Assembly: GCF_947568905.1 (NCBI RefSeq)
Contig: NC_079164.1
Coordinates: 100,564,001 to 100,628,000 of the forward strand
Origin: Ostrea edulis
Taxonomy: Eukaryota
Direction: 5' to 3'
DNA: 64,000 bases
Positions 30,468-42,237 of the stretch are shown here, one piece after another (within the stretch, counting starts at the first letter, position 1; each line of letters opens with the position of its first letter). Under the pieces are notes generated by a model. That model had not been told where the DNA came from. It made no database searches and saw nothing but the letters and a program-made list of their open reading frames with translations. A program made the position numbers and the translations under genes.

Positions 30468-31607
30468 ATGTATTGCTATAGTACTAATGAGTCAGTGAAG
30501 CATTGGAACCAGATCGTTTCGGTATCCAGACTGCCGTTCAACATCATCCTCGGATGTCTCCTTGTCGTAGGAGTTCTTGGAAATTCAGTCGTGGTGCACG
30601 TGTGTCGCCTAAAACAAAAGAGGGGCAACCGGTTCTACATCCTGCTATTGGCTCTCCTAGACATCCTAACCTGTGTAGATACAGTGCTCAGTGTTATATT
30701 TTTTAACTCCTATGGTGTAAACTTTCCATCAAATGTGTTGTGTAAAATAATCACTTATTTCATGTGGACGACACCGTCATCATCCTCGATTATGATACTG
30801 ATTATCGCATTGCAAAGGTTTCTTCTCGTCTACAAACCAACCAAACGTTATCTGGATCCGCGTCATCATCGAATCATCGTCGTCCTTATTGTTCTACTCG
30901 TTCCACTTGTCATTGCTTTTCCGATGTGTGTTTTTTCTGGAACTGTCGAAATGAAACTCTCATTGTCAGATGGGAGAAATATGACAAAATGTTCCTGTGA
31001 GCCCAGTTCCGGACAATACAAGGGAATTGAAAAAAGCTACTTGGTTTTTCTTTTCATCCTTTCTCTTCTTCTGATAATGATAACAACACTTCTTTACATT
31101 CCAGTAGGAATTGTAATTCTAAGAAAACGCAAAGAATCCAAGACATCAAAGGACATTCCTTCTAATTCGATGGATGATTTGGACACGGCTACCTCTGATT
31201 CAACTGACGTAAAAACCACGCTGAGAGAGGAGACACAGAAGAAACGCAGACGACCAAATAGTACGCTGAATTTCCACATGATGTTCGGGGTAATCGTCCT
31301 CACTTACCTTTTGGCATACATACCGACGTTCTGTATGCTTCTAATCCAGAGAGGAAAACCTGGATTCTGGATAGGGATGTGGGGCTGGGAGTTGACTATT
31401 CTGTTGCTCTTCAGACGATTTCATCTCGTCTCCAACATCATCAACCCGTTTGTCTATGGGTATTTTGACATCACGTTCAGAAATTATTATGTGTCTCTTC
31501 TGAGTGCAGTGTTTTGCCGTTGCAGGTCTGCGAATTCGTCTTTATCTAACTGCAACCAAGGTACGAATTCGAATGAGAACGAATTAACAGGTAGCACGAA
31601 CTACTAA
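30468..31607 (+). CDS. Intronless class A (rhodopsin-like) GPCR, peptide-receptor-like, 379 aa from the first ATG
   Basis: Seven hydrophobic helices; GN (TM1), LAxxD (TM2), extracellular Cys before TM3, QRF in place of DRY, AYIP (TM6), NPFVY (TM7). Confidence 0.92.
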   Translation: MYCYSTNESVKHWNQIVSVSRLPFNIILGCLLVVGVLGNSVVVHVCRLKQKRGNRFYILLLALLDILTCVDTVLSVIFFNSYGVNFPSNVLCKIITYFMWTTPSSSSIMILIIALQRFLLVYKPTKRYLDPRHHRIIVVLIVLLVPLVIAFPMCVFSGTVEMKLSLSDGRNMTKCSCEPSSGQYKGIEKSYLVFLFILSLLLIMITTLLYIPVGIVILRKRKESKTSKDIPSNSMDDLDTATSDSTDVKTTLREETQKKRRRPNSTLNFHMMFGVIVLTYLLAYIPTFCMLLIQRGKPGFWIGMWGWELTILLLFRRFHLVSNIINPFVYGYFDITFRNYYVSLLSAVFCRCRSANSSLSNCNQGTNSNENELTGSTNY

Positions 31608-32597
31608 CAGCGGAAGAGTTTTTTATATGTGGACTGTAAAATACGAACCAATACATAGATTCCTAGACACTTTCCTTCAAATCTCAATTATAAATTTCAC
31701 ATAGGCTTTTGTAAACTCTTAATGTAAATTTCACATAGGTTTTTGTAAGCTGGGATGCATATTTGGTGAAATATCACTATACATATATTGTTTGATGTTA
31801 TTCAGTGTTAATATAATTGTTATCTTGAAAATTAAGGCTTATATTATCTATATACAGAATAAACCATTGTCGCAACCAAAGTCTACAGAAAGTTTCCAAG
31901 TCTCCTTCCCACAAGTACAAAAACAAAGAAAGTATACTAGTAAGACACAATATTAAGGAATTCAGTATAAAATATAGTAATCAGAATTCTTACGCCCCGA
32001 GTACAGCAGTGGTGCTCTGGCATTTGAAATCTTTGTGCTCGATTTCTTTGATTCTTATGTATTCAATTAAATTCAAAGGGCACAATCATGCAGATTTGGT
32101 AAACTTGCGAAATTCTTTTCCTTGTTGATGGTATATAAATCAATTGACCTTGAATACCTTGTCTGGCACGTAGAATCTTAACAGCTCGCATGTCGCCTTA
32201 ATGATTACTAATTTGCATTAACTTATTAATTGCGTGATGTAATTATGCCATGACTACTTCACCTACGAGAGGCTAATTGAACCCTTCTTTTAATTTCTTC
32301 AGAATAAAACTTATAACGAATTCATCCATGCAATGATAATATGAAAATTTGCTTACTTCATCCAACATTGTTTTATCTTAAAACAGTGATTCAGTTCGTG
32401 TGCAATAATTTATTGGCATTCAACAAAACAATAATAAATTAACATTTATATCTGTGAAATAAGTTAAAACATGTAACATGCACAATAGGGAATAGTCTCA
32501 TGAGGTATATTTACAAAATCAATACGATTTAAAATTTCTTGCATCCGCATACATTCGTACATTGTAAACACATTTTCGTAATACTGAATAGTGCGGT

Positions 32598-34073
32598 TTA
32601 CACGGAGAGTTTTTTGCTGATGAAAGCTCTAGTTTTGCTCTTGGAGGCCAGATTCTTGACTACAGACACCTTTCCATGTTTGGTGAGTGCAAGCTGGGGT
32701 ATATAGTTCTGAAGCCAAGCTAAGTCCGCAGGACCATGTTGACCGCCTCCAGACGGATACTGTTGAGCCGGAAGAGAGCCAACTAACAGCATTGGATCCA
32801 ACAAAGGATTGGGCGTTGTGGATTGTTTCGCTAATGCTGCTGCATACACGTCAAGAGCCACGGAGTTTCCGAACCCAGCTCCCAACCCTATCTGTGATCC
32901 AAGTCCTGTATTGGCCTGAGCTCCGCTGGTGGCTGCCTGAGGCGAAAGTCCGAGGCTGTTTAACAAAGAAGAACTACTCTGTGGACCGCCTCCTGCTGTA
33001 GTGCTATGTATCCCTGTTCCACTGTTCAATGAAAACTGTTTTCCAGTATTTCCGACGTAGTTAAGCGTTGCTGGACTTCCGGCGCCAGGTTCTATTATAT
33101 GATGAAGTAAAGCCTCCATCAGAAGAGACTTCTGGTTTATAGGTTCGATTGTATAGGTGGGGAACGGCATCGCAGTTGTGGAAGTTGTAGTGGTTGTCGT
33201 GGTGGTTGGTGTTGTGGTAGCCTCTGTAGGTGTGGTGGTAATGGTGGTGGCCGCTGTAGTTGTTGTGGTGGCTGCGGTAGTGGTGGCTTCGGTGGTAGTG
33301 GTGGCTTCGGTGGTAGTGGTAGTCGTTTCAGGTGCAGCTGTTGTTGTCGTTGTTGTTGGAGGTGGTTTTTTGTTCACTTTCACGATCATTTTTTGTAACA
33401 GGTTCAACAAAATTTGCATATTTGGGTTGGGGCTTGGCGGTTGCATTATTTTCTTTTGATACCTGATACGGTTATGTAATCCAGCCACTGTATGGACTTC
33501 ATTTTGGCTTCCAATAACGGTCACCTGGTTGCTGGGATACCTAACAGATTTAATGTTCACAAAGTGTGGCTTTGGTTGATGCGGTCTTGGAACTCGTCCT
33601 TTTGCTGGATAACCGGACGGAGACTTCTTTGGAGAGCCTCCTGAACTTTTCTTTGGTGTCTTCTTTGGAGCTTTCGGTGGGGAAGCAGGAGTCGTAGTAG
33701 GCGGCACTGGCTGCTTGGCTTTAGGTGGGGACGGTGCTTTCTTTTTAGGGCGCTTCATTTTCTTGGGTGACGTTTTCGGTACCGGCGACTTTTTGGGTGC
33801 CGGTGACTTTTTCGGTGCCTTCGGGGTTTTGGGAGCTGACGGTGCCTTGACAGGACCTCCTCCTCCTCCGTAGCCGATATTTAGTGTAGGACTGAAGCTG
33901 TTACTGATCGGAGCGTGGAAATTCAACCTGACATGAGTATCGTGTACTCCTTGAGAATGAGTTACGAAATTTGTATTCGGATTCGAGGCTGTGTTAGAAT
34001 GACTGACGAAAACAAATGGTTCCGGAGAATTGGAGTTGATATTGATATTGGAATTCTGGTTCTGATACCATCC
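32598..34073 (-). CDS. Exon 2 of secreted Pro/Lys/Thr/Gly-rich protein, paralog 1 (509 aa total)
   Basis: tttattttag|GGATGG phase-0 acceptor at 34073, frame open to TAA at 32598; homologous to 35566-37104. Confidence 0.88.
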   Translation of the reverse strand, partial: GWYQNQNSNININSNSPEPFVFVSHSNTASNPNTNFVTHSQGVHDTHVRLNFHAPISNSFSPTLNIGYGGGGGPVKAPSAPKTPKAPKKSPAPKKSPVPKTSPKKMKRPKKKAPSPPKAKQPVPPTTTPASPPKAPKKTPKKSSGGSPKKSPSGYPAKGRVPRPHQPKPHFVNIKSVRYPSNQVTVIGSQNEVHTVAGLHNRIRYQKKIMQPPSPNPNMQILLNLLQKMIVKVNKKPPPTTTTTTAAPETTTTTTEATTTTEATTTAATTTTTAATTITTTPTEATTTPTTTTTTTTSTTAMPFPTYTIEPINQKSLLMEALLHHIIEPGAGSPATLNYVGNTGKQFSLNSGTGIHSTTAGGGPQSSSSLLNSLGLSPQAATSGAQANTGLGSQIGLGAGFGNSVALDVYAAALAKQSTTPNPLLDPMLLVGSLPAQQYPSGGGQHGPADLAWLQNYIPQLALTKHGKVSVVKNLASKSKTRAFISKKLSV

Positions 34074-34455
34074 CTAAAATAAAAATAACGTTGTGTGAAT
34101 GATCATACACGTGTTTGATTTCATATAGAAAACAACAGAAGACATGGTGCAATATTGAGATTAGTCTGAGTTCCAAGCTATTATAAGGATTCATGAATAC
34201 TTTAAAAACCAAAATCTGACTCCATTGTCATAAACATGTGATGCCATCATTTCATATAGCACTTGTATGTTGTTAATGCCCGAGCAAAGAATAGTAAAAT
34301 AAAACCTCAGATATACAAACATACTCAGAATTGATATACTCAAAATTAGATAGATAAAGACATATTGTCATAGATTAGAGAATAAAAAAGGTTACTATAT
34401 AGTATATACCCTCGCAAAGGATTACATTATATATGGATATAAGAATAAGCGTTAC

Positions 34456-34509
34456 CTGTATAAGAGGGATGAATCCAACCAGAGAGAGAACCAAAGCGCT
34501 CCTTGCCAT
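34456..34509 (-). CDS. Exon 1 (signal peptide MARSALVLSLVGFIPLIQ) of paralog 1
   Basis: ATG at 34509, CAG|gtaacg phase-0 donor, TATA box 42 nt upstream. Confidence 0.82.
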
Positions 34510-34543
34510 ACTGCTGACTGTCGAACATCCCTTGTTTGTTGTT

Positions 34544-34551
34544 CTTATATA
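34544..34551 (-). promoter_or_regulatory. TATA box (TATATAAG) of paralog 1
   Basis: Same spacing to the ATG as in paralog 2. Confidence 0.65.
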
Positions 34552-35565
34552 CACAACAATCGCCTGTAGGTCAATCATATCAAGTCATTATAAATATTCA
34601 TTTATTTTACATTTTTTACAAATTATCAGGGTTACACGGTGTCGATAAGTAAATGTTAATACTCTTATGCTAATTAGGTCACTAATGTCTTGTCATCGAC
34701 AGTTTTGCAATTTCCTCTCTGACAGCGAGCGGTCAATTTTTGACAGTCAAAACCCGATTTTGTTTTCCTCGTTCCATGGTATGCTCGTTACCAATTAATT
34801 TGTAAATTATTGTTTTTGTCATCATTAATTAGTCATTAATTTATCGAATCTATTACACACATGTTAAAGTGGCTGTTCTCGAAGATGGTAACCCCTTTGA
34901 AGCATCGTTTGCATATTGCATGAATTAAATAGTCCTTTGATATGATACATGCGTTCACAGTGACAATCATTTCCTTGCATTTCTTTTAATTACTAATAAT
35001 GATGTATGCAAAATATTTGTGAATAATATTTTGTCCTCAAGCAATAATATCCTTTGTCAGAAATATGAACGTAGTGTGTTGTTAAATATTCCATTTGCAA
35101 GAAAATGTCTTAGTTATATCCCGAAATCAGTGAGCAACACTGGCGTTTGTCGTTTTCTGTTCGTTGGTAATTTTTCTCCATGCATTTATTTCATTCCCAT
35201 GAAACACCATTCCGGAAATAAATAATTGGAGACTGCATTTAAATTTAAAGGCTTTATTCAATAAAAGGCCAAATCAACAGGACAATAAAACACAAATAAA
35301 TAAATAACACGGAGAACACCACAATATTCCTGCAGTTTATCACATTCGTACCCCAGAAGACGGATTTCATACATGTCTGTTTTGTTTCGAAAGTATGAAA
35401 ATCTTTTGATACGGCAAACATATGTTCTGGTCACTGATCGTACCTAATACTGATAAATAAGTAACTATCACAATGCTTCTTCAACTAAAGAAGAAGCATT
35501 CAATGTTAAGGTGGTTTTGACTGAGACACGAATATTTGAAGAACAGTTGGAAAGTCAAGATGACC

Positions 35566-37104
35566 TCACTTCAGGATCTTTCTTTTGCCGTAACCCCCGG
35601 AAATGACCTTGACAGGTGCTCGTTTATGAAGAGCCAGTTGAGGCATGTATTTGTTCAACCAGGTGAGATCGACAGCCCCAGCAGTACCTGCCGGAGCAGG
35701 GGTAATTCCAGGTAATCCGGCGCCGGTGCCGTAGGCTCCGGATATACTTCCACCAGCTGCAAGAAGATCAAGCTGAGCCACTGGGTCAAGGTAAGGTGGA
35801 GGTGTGGTAGGTCCCTGCTGTGCAGCACCCAAGATGTCTAAGGTGGCCTGATGACCTGCTCCCGAATTGGCGCTCATAGAAACCGCTTTCTGACCTCCTC
35901 GTCCGTAAACGTCCAGCACTGCCGCTTGCTGTGTCTGTACGTTAGAACCGGCTGTGAGTTGCGCTAAGAGGGCTTCCAACAGCATTGAATTCTGGGCAAA
36001 CGAGAAAGGTGTGGTTGTGGCCTCTGTAGTGGTTGTGGTGGTAGGCTCCGTGGTGGTGGTTGTGGCCTCGGTAGTGGTGGTGGTGGTTGTAGGTTCTGTT
36101 GTAGTCGTGGTGGCCTCAGTAGTGGTAGTGGTTTCCGCTGGAGTTGTGGTGGCTTCAGTGGTGGTGGTGGTAGTGGTATCTGGTGGGGGTGTAGTTTGTG
36201 GTGCGTGGTTGACTTTCACAACCATTTTCTGAAGCAAGTTCAATAATAATTTAAATTGCATTCCCTGCATAGGGTTGGGCTTGGGAACGACTTTCTTCTG
36301 GTATTTTACATTATTGTAAAGTCCAGCAACGGTGTGAACCTCGTTTCCATTTCCGATGACCTGGACATCATTGCTTGGGTATTTTATGGCCTTGATATTG
36401 GTGTACCGAGAGCCACCCCATCTTCCATATCCGCCTTGGCCACCCCCTCCCTGCTGTTGACCTCCCTGTTGTCCGCCCTGACCGCCGGTTTGGGCGCCTC
36501 CCTGGGTCTGGATTCCACCAGTAGCACGATAGCTCTGGGTGACCTTCTGAGTTCCTCCTGCGTTGTTATTAGGCATGTGCACACCCTTGCCTCTCACATT
36601 ATTGTGAGCCCCGACGACGTTCATCATGTTTTGTGGGAAATTGTTGTTGAAGACAAGGTTCATGGGAAGACCAGAAACCTTTTTACTGCCAGCTCCGGCA
36701 CCTCCCGATGACCCCTTAGGTGGGGAGCTCTTGGGTGCTTTTTGCTTAGGAGCCTTGGACTTCTTCGGAGAAGGGGTCTTCTTTTTGGGCTGTGGTCTCT
36801 TCCCCTTTTTAGGAGCCTTCTTTGGTGACTTCTTCTTGGGTGAAGCTGAGGGACTTTTGGGTGCGGGTCCTGCGCCACCGAAGCCGCCGATATTCAGTGT
36901 TGGTACAAATTTGTTCTTGATGGGAGCATGGAAGTTGATGCTGACCACGGTATCCTTAGTGGAGTGGACTACAGTTTTTGCGGTCTTTGGTTTTGGTGCC
37001 GGGGGCTCTGGAGCGGGTGCAGGTGGCGGATCATAAAACCCGGTGTTTACGTTGACATTGTTATTCAGATTCTGGTTCTGGTTTGCGTTAGACCACCACC
37101 AGCC
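35566..37104 (-). CDS. Exon 2 of secreted Pro/Lys/Gly/Thr-rich protein, paralog 2 (531 aa total)
   Basis: tatttctacag|GGCTGG phase-0 acceptor, frame open to TGA at 35566; shares several motifs with paralog 1. Confidence 0.88.
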   Translation of the reverse strand, partial: GWWWSNANQNQNLNNNVNVNTGFYDPPPAPAPEPPAPKPKTAKTVVHSTKDTVVSINFHAPIKNKFVPTLNIGGFGGAGPAPKSPSASPKKKSPKKAPKKGKRPQPKKKTPSPKKSKAPKQKAPKSSPPKGSSGGAGAGSKKVSGLPMNLVFNNNFPQNMMNVVGAHNNVRGKGVHMPNNNAGGTQKVTQSYRATGGIQTQGGAQTGGQGGQQGGQQQGGGGQGGYGRWGGSRYTNIKAIKYPSNDVQVIGNGNEVHTVAGLYNNVKYQKKVVPKPNPMQGMQFKLLLNLLQKMVVKVNHAPQTTPPPDTTTTTTTEATTTPAETTTTTEATTTTTEPTTTTTTTEATTTTTEPTTTTTTEATTTPFSFAQNSMLLEALLAQLTAGSNVQTQQAAVLDVYGRGGQKAVSMSANSGAGHQATLDILGAAQQGPTTPPPYLDPVAQLDLLAAGGSISGAYGTGAGLPGITPAPAGTAGAVDLTWLNKYMPQLALHKRAPVKVISGGYGKRKILK

Positions 37105-37396
37105 CTGTAGAAATAATAAATAATACGTAGATTTAAAACACATTTCTTAAATTGCTTTTTTGTGAAAATTCATATACGGAACGAAAAGCAAATTAATATC
37201 TATATAATTTAGTAAAAGTAAAACTTAATTTCGTTTGAAAGACCATAATCTAGCAAAATTTACGTCAATTTGGAAAATATCCAATCTTCACTGCGTTTGA
37301 AATAGAATAGGATAGAAAGTGTTGATAACTTTGTGTAAATGCGGTCATGAGACGTGAAGCATAAGATCTACATATCAAATAATAAAAGCTACTTAC

Positions 37397-37453
37397 AGCT
37401 ACTGAAGGCAACACGACAACCAAACACACGAAAGCAAAACAAGACGGTGCCAT
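37397..37453 (-). CDS. Exon 1 (signal peptide MAPSCFAFVCLVVVLPSVA) of paralog 2
   Basis: ATG at 37453, GCT|gtaagt phase-0 donor, TATA box 43 nt upstream. Confidence 0.85.
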
Positions 37454-37488
37454 GTTGGATGGAGTACCGAAACACAGAACATTCGCTC

Positions 37489-37496
37489 TTTATATA
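37489..37496 (-). promoter_or_regulatory. TATA box (TATATAAA) of paralog 2
   Basis: Consensus TATA directly upstream of the signal-peptide exon. Confidence 0.7.
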
Positions 37497-40069
37497 CCTT
37501 ATGCTTGTCCCAAAGGTCGACATATTACCTGTCATTGATATCAGTGCACTTTAATTAATTTCATTATTGAAAATCATAATTCGTTGTTCGTGAGTCCTAG
37601 GAATCGGTACCCCCTACACGAAGCGCATGACTTGTTCCTGATGAATATTCATGAACCTCGGAGCATTTCCATCTCCATAAGCATGACAACGTAGGTCGCT
37701 GCTTGACGTGTAAAGCTGATCGCTGTCTTGTTATATCATTAATTTCCTTGACACCGTTTGGTACATCTTCATTAACATAAATTGATTATGTTTTACAAGC
37801 ATTGTTCATGTTCTGTAATTAATGGCCATCAAATTTATTTAAAAATTCAAAATATTTCCATTAGCGCGCAATGATCTTGAATGAATGACCTTTGACCCTC
37901 TGAGATCTAGAACTCTTTGAACCATTGGAGGAACATAATGCTTTATTTTATAAAGTTGTCAATGAAAAGTTATATTACTAGGATTTGTTCGGCTTATTTC
38001 AGAAGGTAAGTTTATGTTTATTTTCCACAACTAATTTAGATATTCCACCGCCACAAATTGTTGGTGTATAATAACTCGCCTATTCGTGTGTCTGTTTGTG
38101 TGTCTTTCGTAGTAATGAAATGGGCATCGTGTATAGAGTACAGTTTTACTTTCCAGTCAGACTTGTAACAGCTAGAGGTTAATGAAGAGAAGAAGAAACT
38201 ATTGATTGCAGACAGAAGACAAAAATGACATGGTCCCCATACAGAGCCAAGTTCGCATAACCTTCGGAATTTCACTATAAATTGCAATTGCGATAAAGAC
38301 ACTTCGTGGTCGCGTCGGAAATCAGTGATAAGTTTGGCCGTGTTCTCGAGTACTTGTTGTCTGGGATTTGTTGCATGAAAATGTATCGTCAGCCTCAACA
38401 TCGAGTCAAGCGGGAACAAATTGAACCCCTTTCAGTAATGTAGAATTTAAAATAATATTAAAAATGATACTTGTATGGTTTGTAGTATTTTATATCACTG
38501 TAAATCAATATACCTTTAGCGTGTATATCCTGGATATTTGATGCGAGTTACAAATGATTGAAAGAGAAATCTACAATAATGTCTAATTGCTTTCATCCTT
38601 TTCAATAAGGTTGAATTCCAATAAAACTGGAAACCATTTAGGGACTATTTATGGTTGACCTTACTAATGTCTGTCCGTGTAAAACATTACAATGTACATA
38701 TTAAAACGAACTCTAGATTTCTAACAAACTTACTTTTATATACGTAAATCGATGCCTGTCGAAAATAGAAAGCTGGCGATAACATTGATTGTTTTAAAAT
38801 AATTGTTTATTACGTCACAAAGTGAACCATTTTCCACGATTTTTCCAAATTCTAAATTCATATACAATGGAGCGCATGCGTCATCTGGCACGGATTGTAC
38901 ACTCGGATCGCCTTGGCCGATTCCATCTAGTTAGATATAGGGTACCGGAATTTACCAATGTTTGCCGAATGACAGATTTTACATGTACGTATGTAGTTGC
39001 TCACTGTATGCGTGAACATTGTATGATCACGCATGCGCTAAGTGTTTACCAACCGAAAGTACATGTTTAAAATGTACCAGAGACGAAATTACGTCATGTT
39101 CGTGACGTCACAACTAAATGATGGCCTCATAATGTTTTTCTGAACTTATAAGTCAAGATCCCATTCGGATCACATTCGTCCTTTTCCGTAACAGTTTGTA
39201 GTTATGGAAATACCCAAGTAGTTACAATTGGTCAAGATCCGTGTGTATTCGAAAGCAAACTTCCATCAGAGATGTAGAAGTGTATTCGATATATCTTTAA
39301 GTATAACTGGTTTTTAATTTGGCGCATCGCAAACAAAGCGATATATCTAATAAAATATATACGAGATAGACATATCATGTAAAATAAAACCACGGACATT
39401 TGAACAACTAACATATATATTGTATTTTCCTATGTATTGAAACTCCTGTAAAAGAATGCTGGTCGATAATACTGTCAAAAAGTAGATAATTGTTAGATTT
39501 CCAATTGTATTCAAGCGGCATTTTGTACAAATTTCATAATTTGTAATTTGACTTGGTACAAAACATTATGTATTATTGGTACAAAACATTATTGGTATGA
39601 AATCATTTGAACAAAATGTTGTTAATTTCAAATAAAATCTTCAAATCTGGTTGGTAAACATCCTAACATTACACGACTAGTATTTCACCTAGGCGTCAGA
39701 ATACATGCCGTCACGTACAATGTAGAATGTATACGCTTATTTCAATTCCAGTGGCGGTAATGAATTTGTATATAATTGATTATGATTACAGTCAACATTA
39801 TCATGCAAATAGACTTTTTTATATACTTGAAAGCTAATTACCTGTTTGCATTAAATTTGGTGCATACCACGGGATGCATTGAATTTGATTAATATTTAAA
39901 CAACTCAGACCTTATGATTAACATATAGACAGAAGTCGGAAAAACTGCAATTTTTGCAATGTTTTCAAAATATTTTTTCATGTACAAGAATCCTCTTTAG
40001 TACTTGTTCGTAAAACGTTCATTATCTACACGTGTTCTGTCGTAGAATTTCAATATACATATAATTATT

Positions 40070-40355
40070 CTCCTGGACACACCAGAGGTGGGATCAGGTG
40101 TCTAGGAGTGAGCATCCCCTGTTGACCGGTCACACCCACCGTAAGCCTTATATCTTGATCAGGTAAACAGAGTAATCCGTAGTCAAAATCATTGTGTAAA
40201 GAACGACCTAACAATTGGTATGAAACACGTATGACAGCTTTCGACCTCACGACACGTTTTATTTCTAAATTGAATCATTTTAACGACCATAGAATTTGTG
40301 AAATGTTGGCTTAAAACGAGAATGTTGAAATCCCTGCAACATCAACATATTTGTC
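40070..40355 (-). mobile_element. Penelope-like retroelement 3' fragment (RT C-terminal remnant plus terminal repeat)
   Basis: Reverse complement reads ctactgacaaatatgttgatgttgcagggatttcaac...cacaaattctatggtcgtt...cctgatcaagatataaggcttacggtgggtgtgaccggtcaacagggg. Confidence 0.7.
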
Positions 40356-42237
40356 AGTAGCCATATATACGTGTGTGTGTTCTGTTGTGCGCAGGAGTTT
40401 GCCATATAAAAATGAATTTCATCTTCAGTTTACCAAAACTTAACCCCCATCTTGGTTAATATCACATAGAAATGTTTAATTATTAGTCTTTCGGGTCTCG
40501 GGGTCTACAAAGATGAGGCGTCACACCAATCAAACATACCGGAGCGAAAAATCTCTTTATGTTGAATTAGAGATTTCAAGATGTTCTGTTATTTTTGTAC
40601 TAAAACACCTAGTACTTCTTCAAAAAACTTCACTAAAGTTTAACAGTATTTCGTTTCACTGCTAGAGAATGACTGAATTCTGTTTACACCGGGTTTTTTT
40701 TAAAATAAAATTTATTTGTCTATTTAACATGCACTTAGAAAGTTGCCAATTCCTGGTCATAAATTGTACAGCGTTGTCTCAGAGCAATAATTATACATTT
40801 GCTTGTTTCAGATAAGTCATACATATTTATCACGATCAAAAACCATTACATAGACAAGTTTTGGATTGTTTATAGCTGTCAAATCTTAGGGCCCCTTTGA
40901 TGACACTGGCGCTAATTCTTTTGCTTTAGTAACCCTAGACGGAAATTAAATCCCATCATTATTCATTCCAGGTTTTGACGCAATGACAGAATTTTAAATC
41001 TTAGTGATTAGGACTGTGTTTAATGATGGCATTAGGATATTGAGATATGACAAAAAACCACAATGTTGAGCAGTTATATCCTGGATATAAAGATCGGGTT
41101 TTTTTCTGTTTGTGAGTTAGATTTTATAAAAGGTATTATTGTCTTTTGTATTTTTATCCATACCATATTTCGATTTTTTCACCCGAAGTTCTGATTACGA
41201 ATGTCAACGCATCACATAAACATTTAAAAAAAAATCACGAGTGGTTTTTCTTCTTCTTCAAATTCGCTACCTCCATGGTTAGTCGAGTGAATTTAAGCCG
41301 TTACGAACAAATCAGCCAGTGCTAGAGTCCCCACGGGGATCTTTTAATTTTCATATGATTTTACACAAAACTTGCAATATTCGATTAAGTAGCAAAATTT
41401 TTAATTTCAAATATCACAACTTAATCACACGTATGTCCTGTATATTTCATTCACGTATGTCCTGTATATTTCATTCACGACACTTTGGATTGGTGTCATC
41501 CCTCCTTAATGAGGTTTCAAATTTCAGAGCTAAAACCCAGATAAAATGATAAATACAAGAAAGAGATTTTTGAACTTATTTAATTTTTTATCATTAAATG
41601 ATCTGTATAAAGTATTTTTTCACATGTACAAGCTTTGGCAGATTAGTATAGATGTCTAAGGTAACAAATGAATCGCTCTTTTCGATGTTGTGCGCATGTG
41701 CACGTCTTATCTACAACAAATATATATATATATTTTAAAAATTGCATATATTGCTGCATACACTTGTATCCATTCGATATTGGATTTCCAACAAGAAATA
41801 TCACTGCGAAATTACTACTTGAATATAATATCATAGTTTTATTGCTATATCAATGTTAATTGAATGCTGCAGAAAAAGGTGTACTGTATTTAATTATATA
41901 CAAATTAAATATATAGAAATAAAATCTATACAGCTTAATGAGTAAATGTACAACATAGAAACAGTCACTCAAGAACATAAAAATATTGGCACGTGTGACT
42001 TTATTAATTAAGAACTGTGACTAAGCGCCATGTAAAAAGGTCAGCAACCCCCTGACGACCTTAACCACAGAGTCCCAAAAACTGAACACAAACTGAACCT
42101 GGCATCAGAAGTATCAAAGAACGTGAACTATGGATTTCTACTAACAGTAAAAAATAAAAGAAATTAAAAATATCCTCTCTTCCCCCCAAAGTCTTATGAT
42201 ATTAGACGAGTTGGTGGTAAAGCTATTGCCGCTACGA

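Noticed and set aside
33157-33459. Val-rich + strand ORFs (also 35954-36232, 36626-37036, 13657-13875, 14035-14373) resembling membrane proteins
   Set aside because: Antisense shadows of Thr/Pro/Lys codon runs in the real genes
38170-38440. + frame with a TM-like stretch (SVISLAVFSSTCCLGFVA*KCIV) interrupted by TGA codons
   Set aside because: Multiple stops, no recognisable homology and no clean exon boundaries
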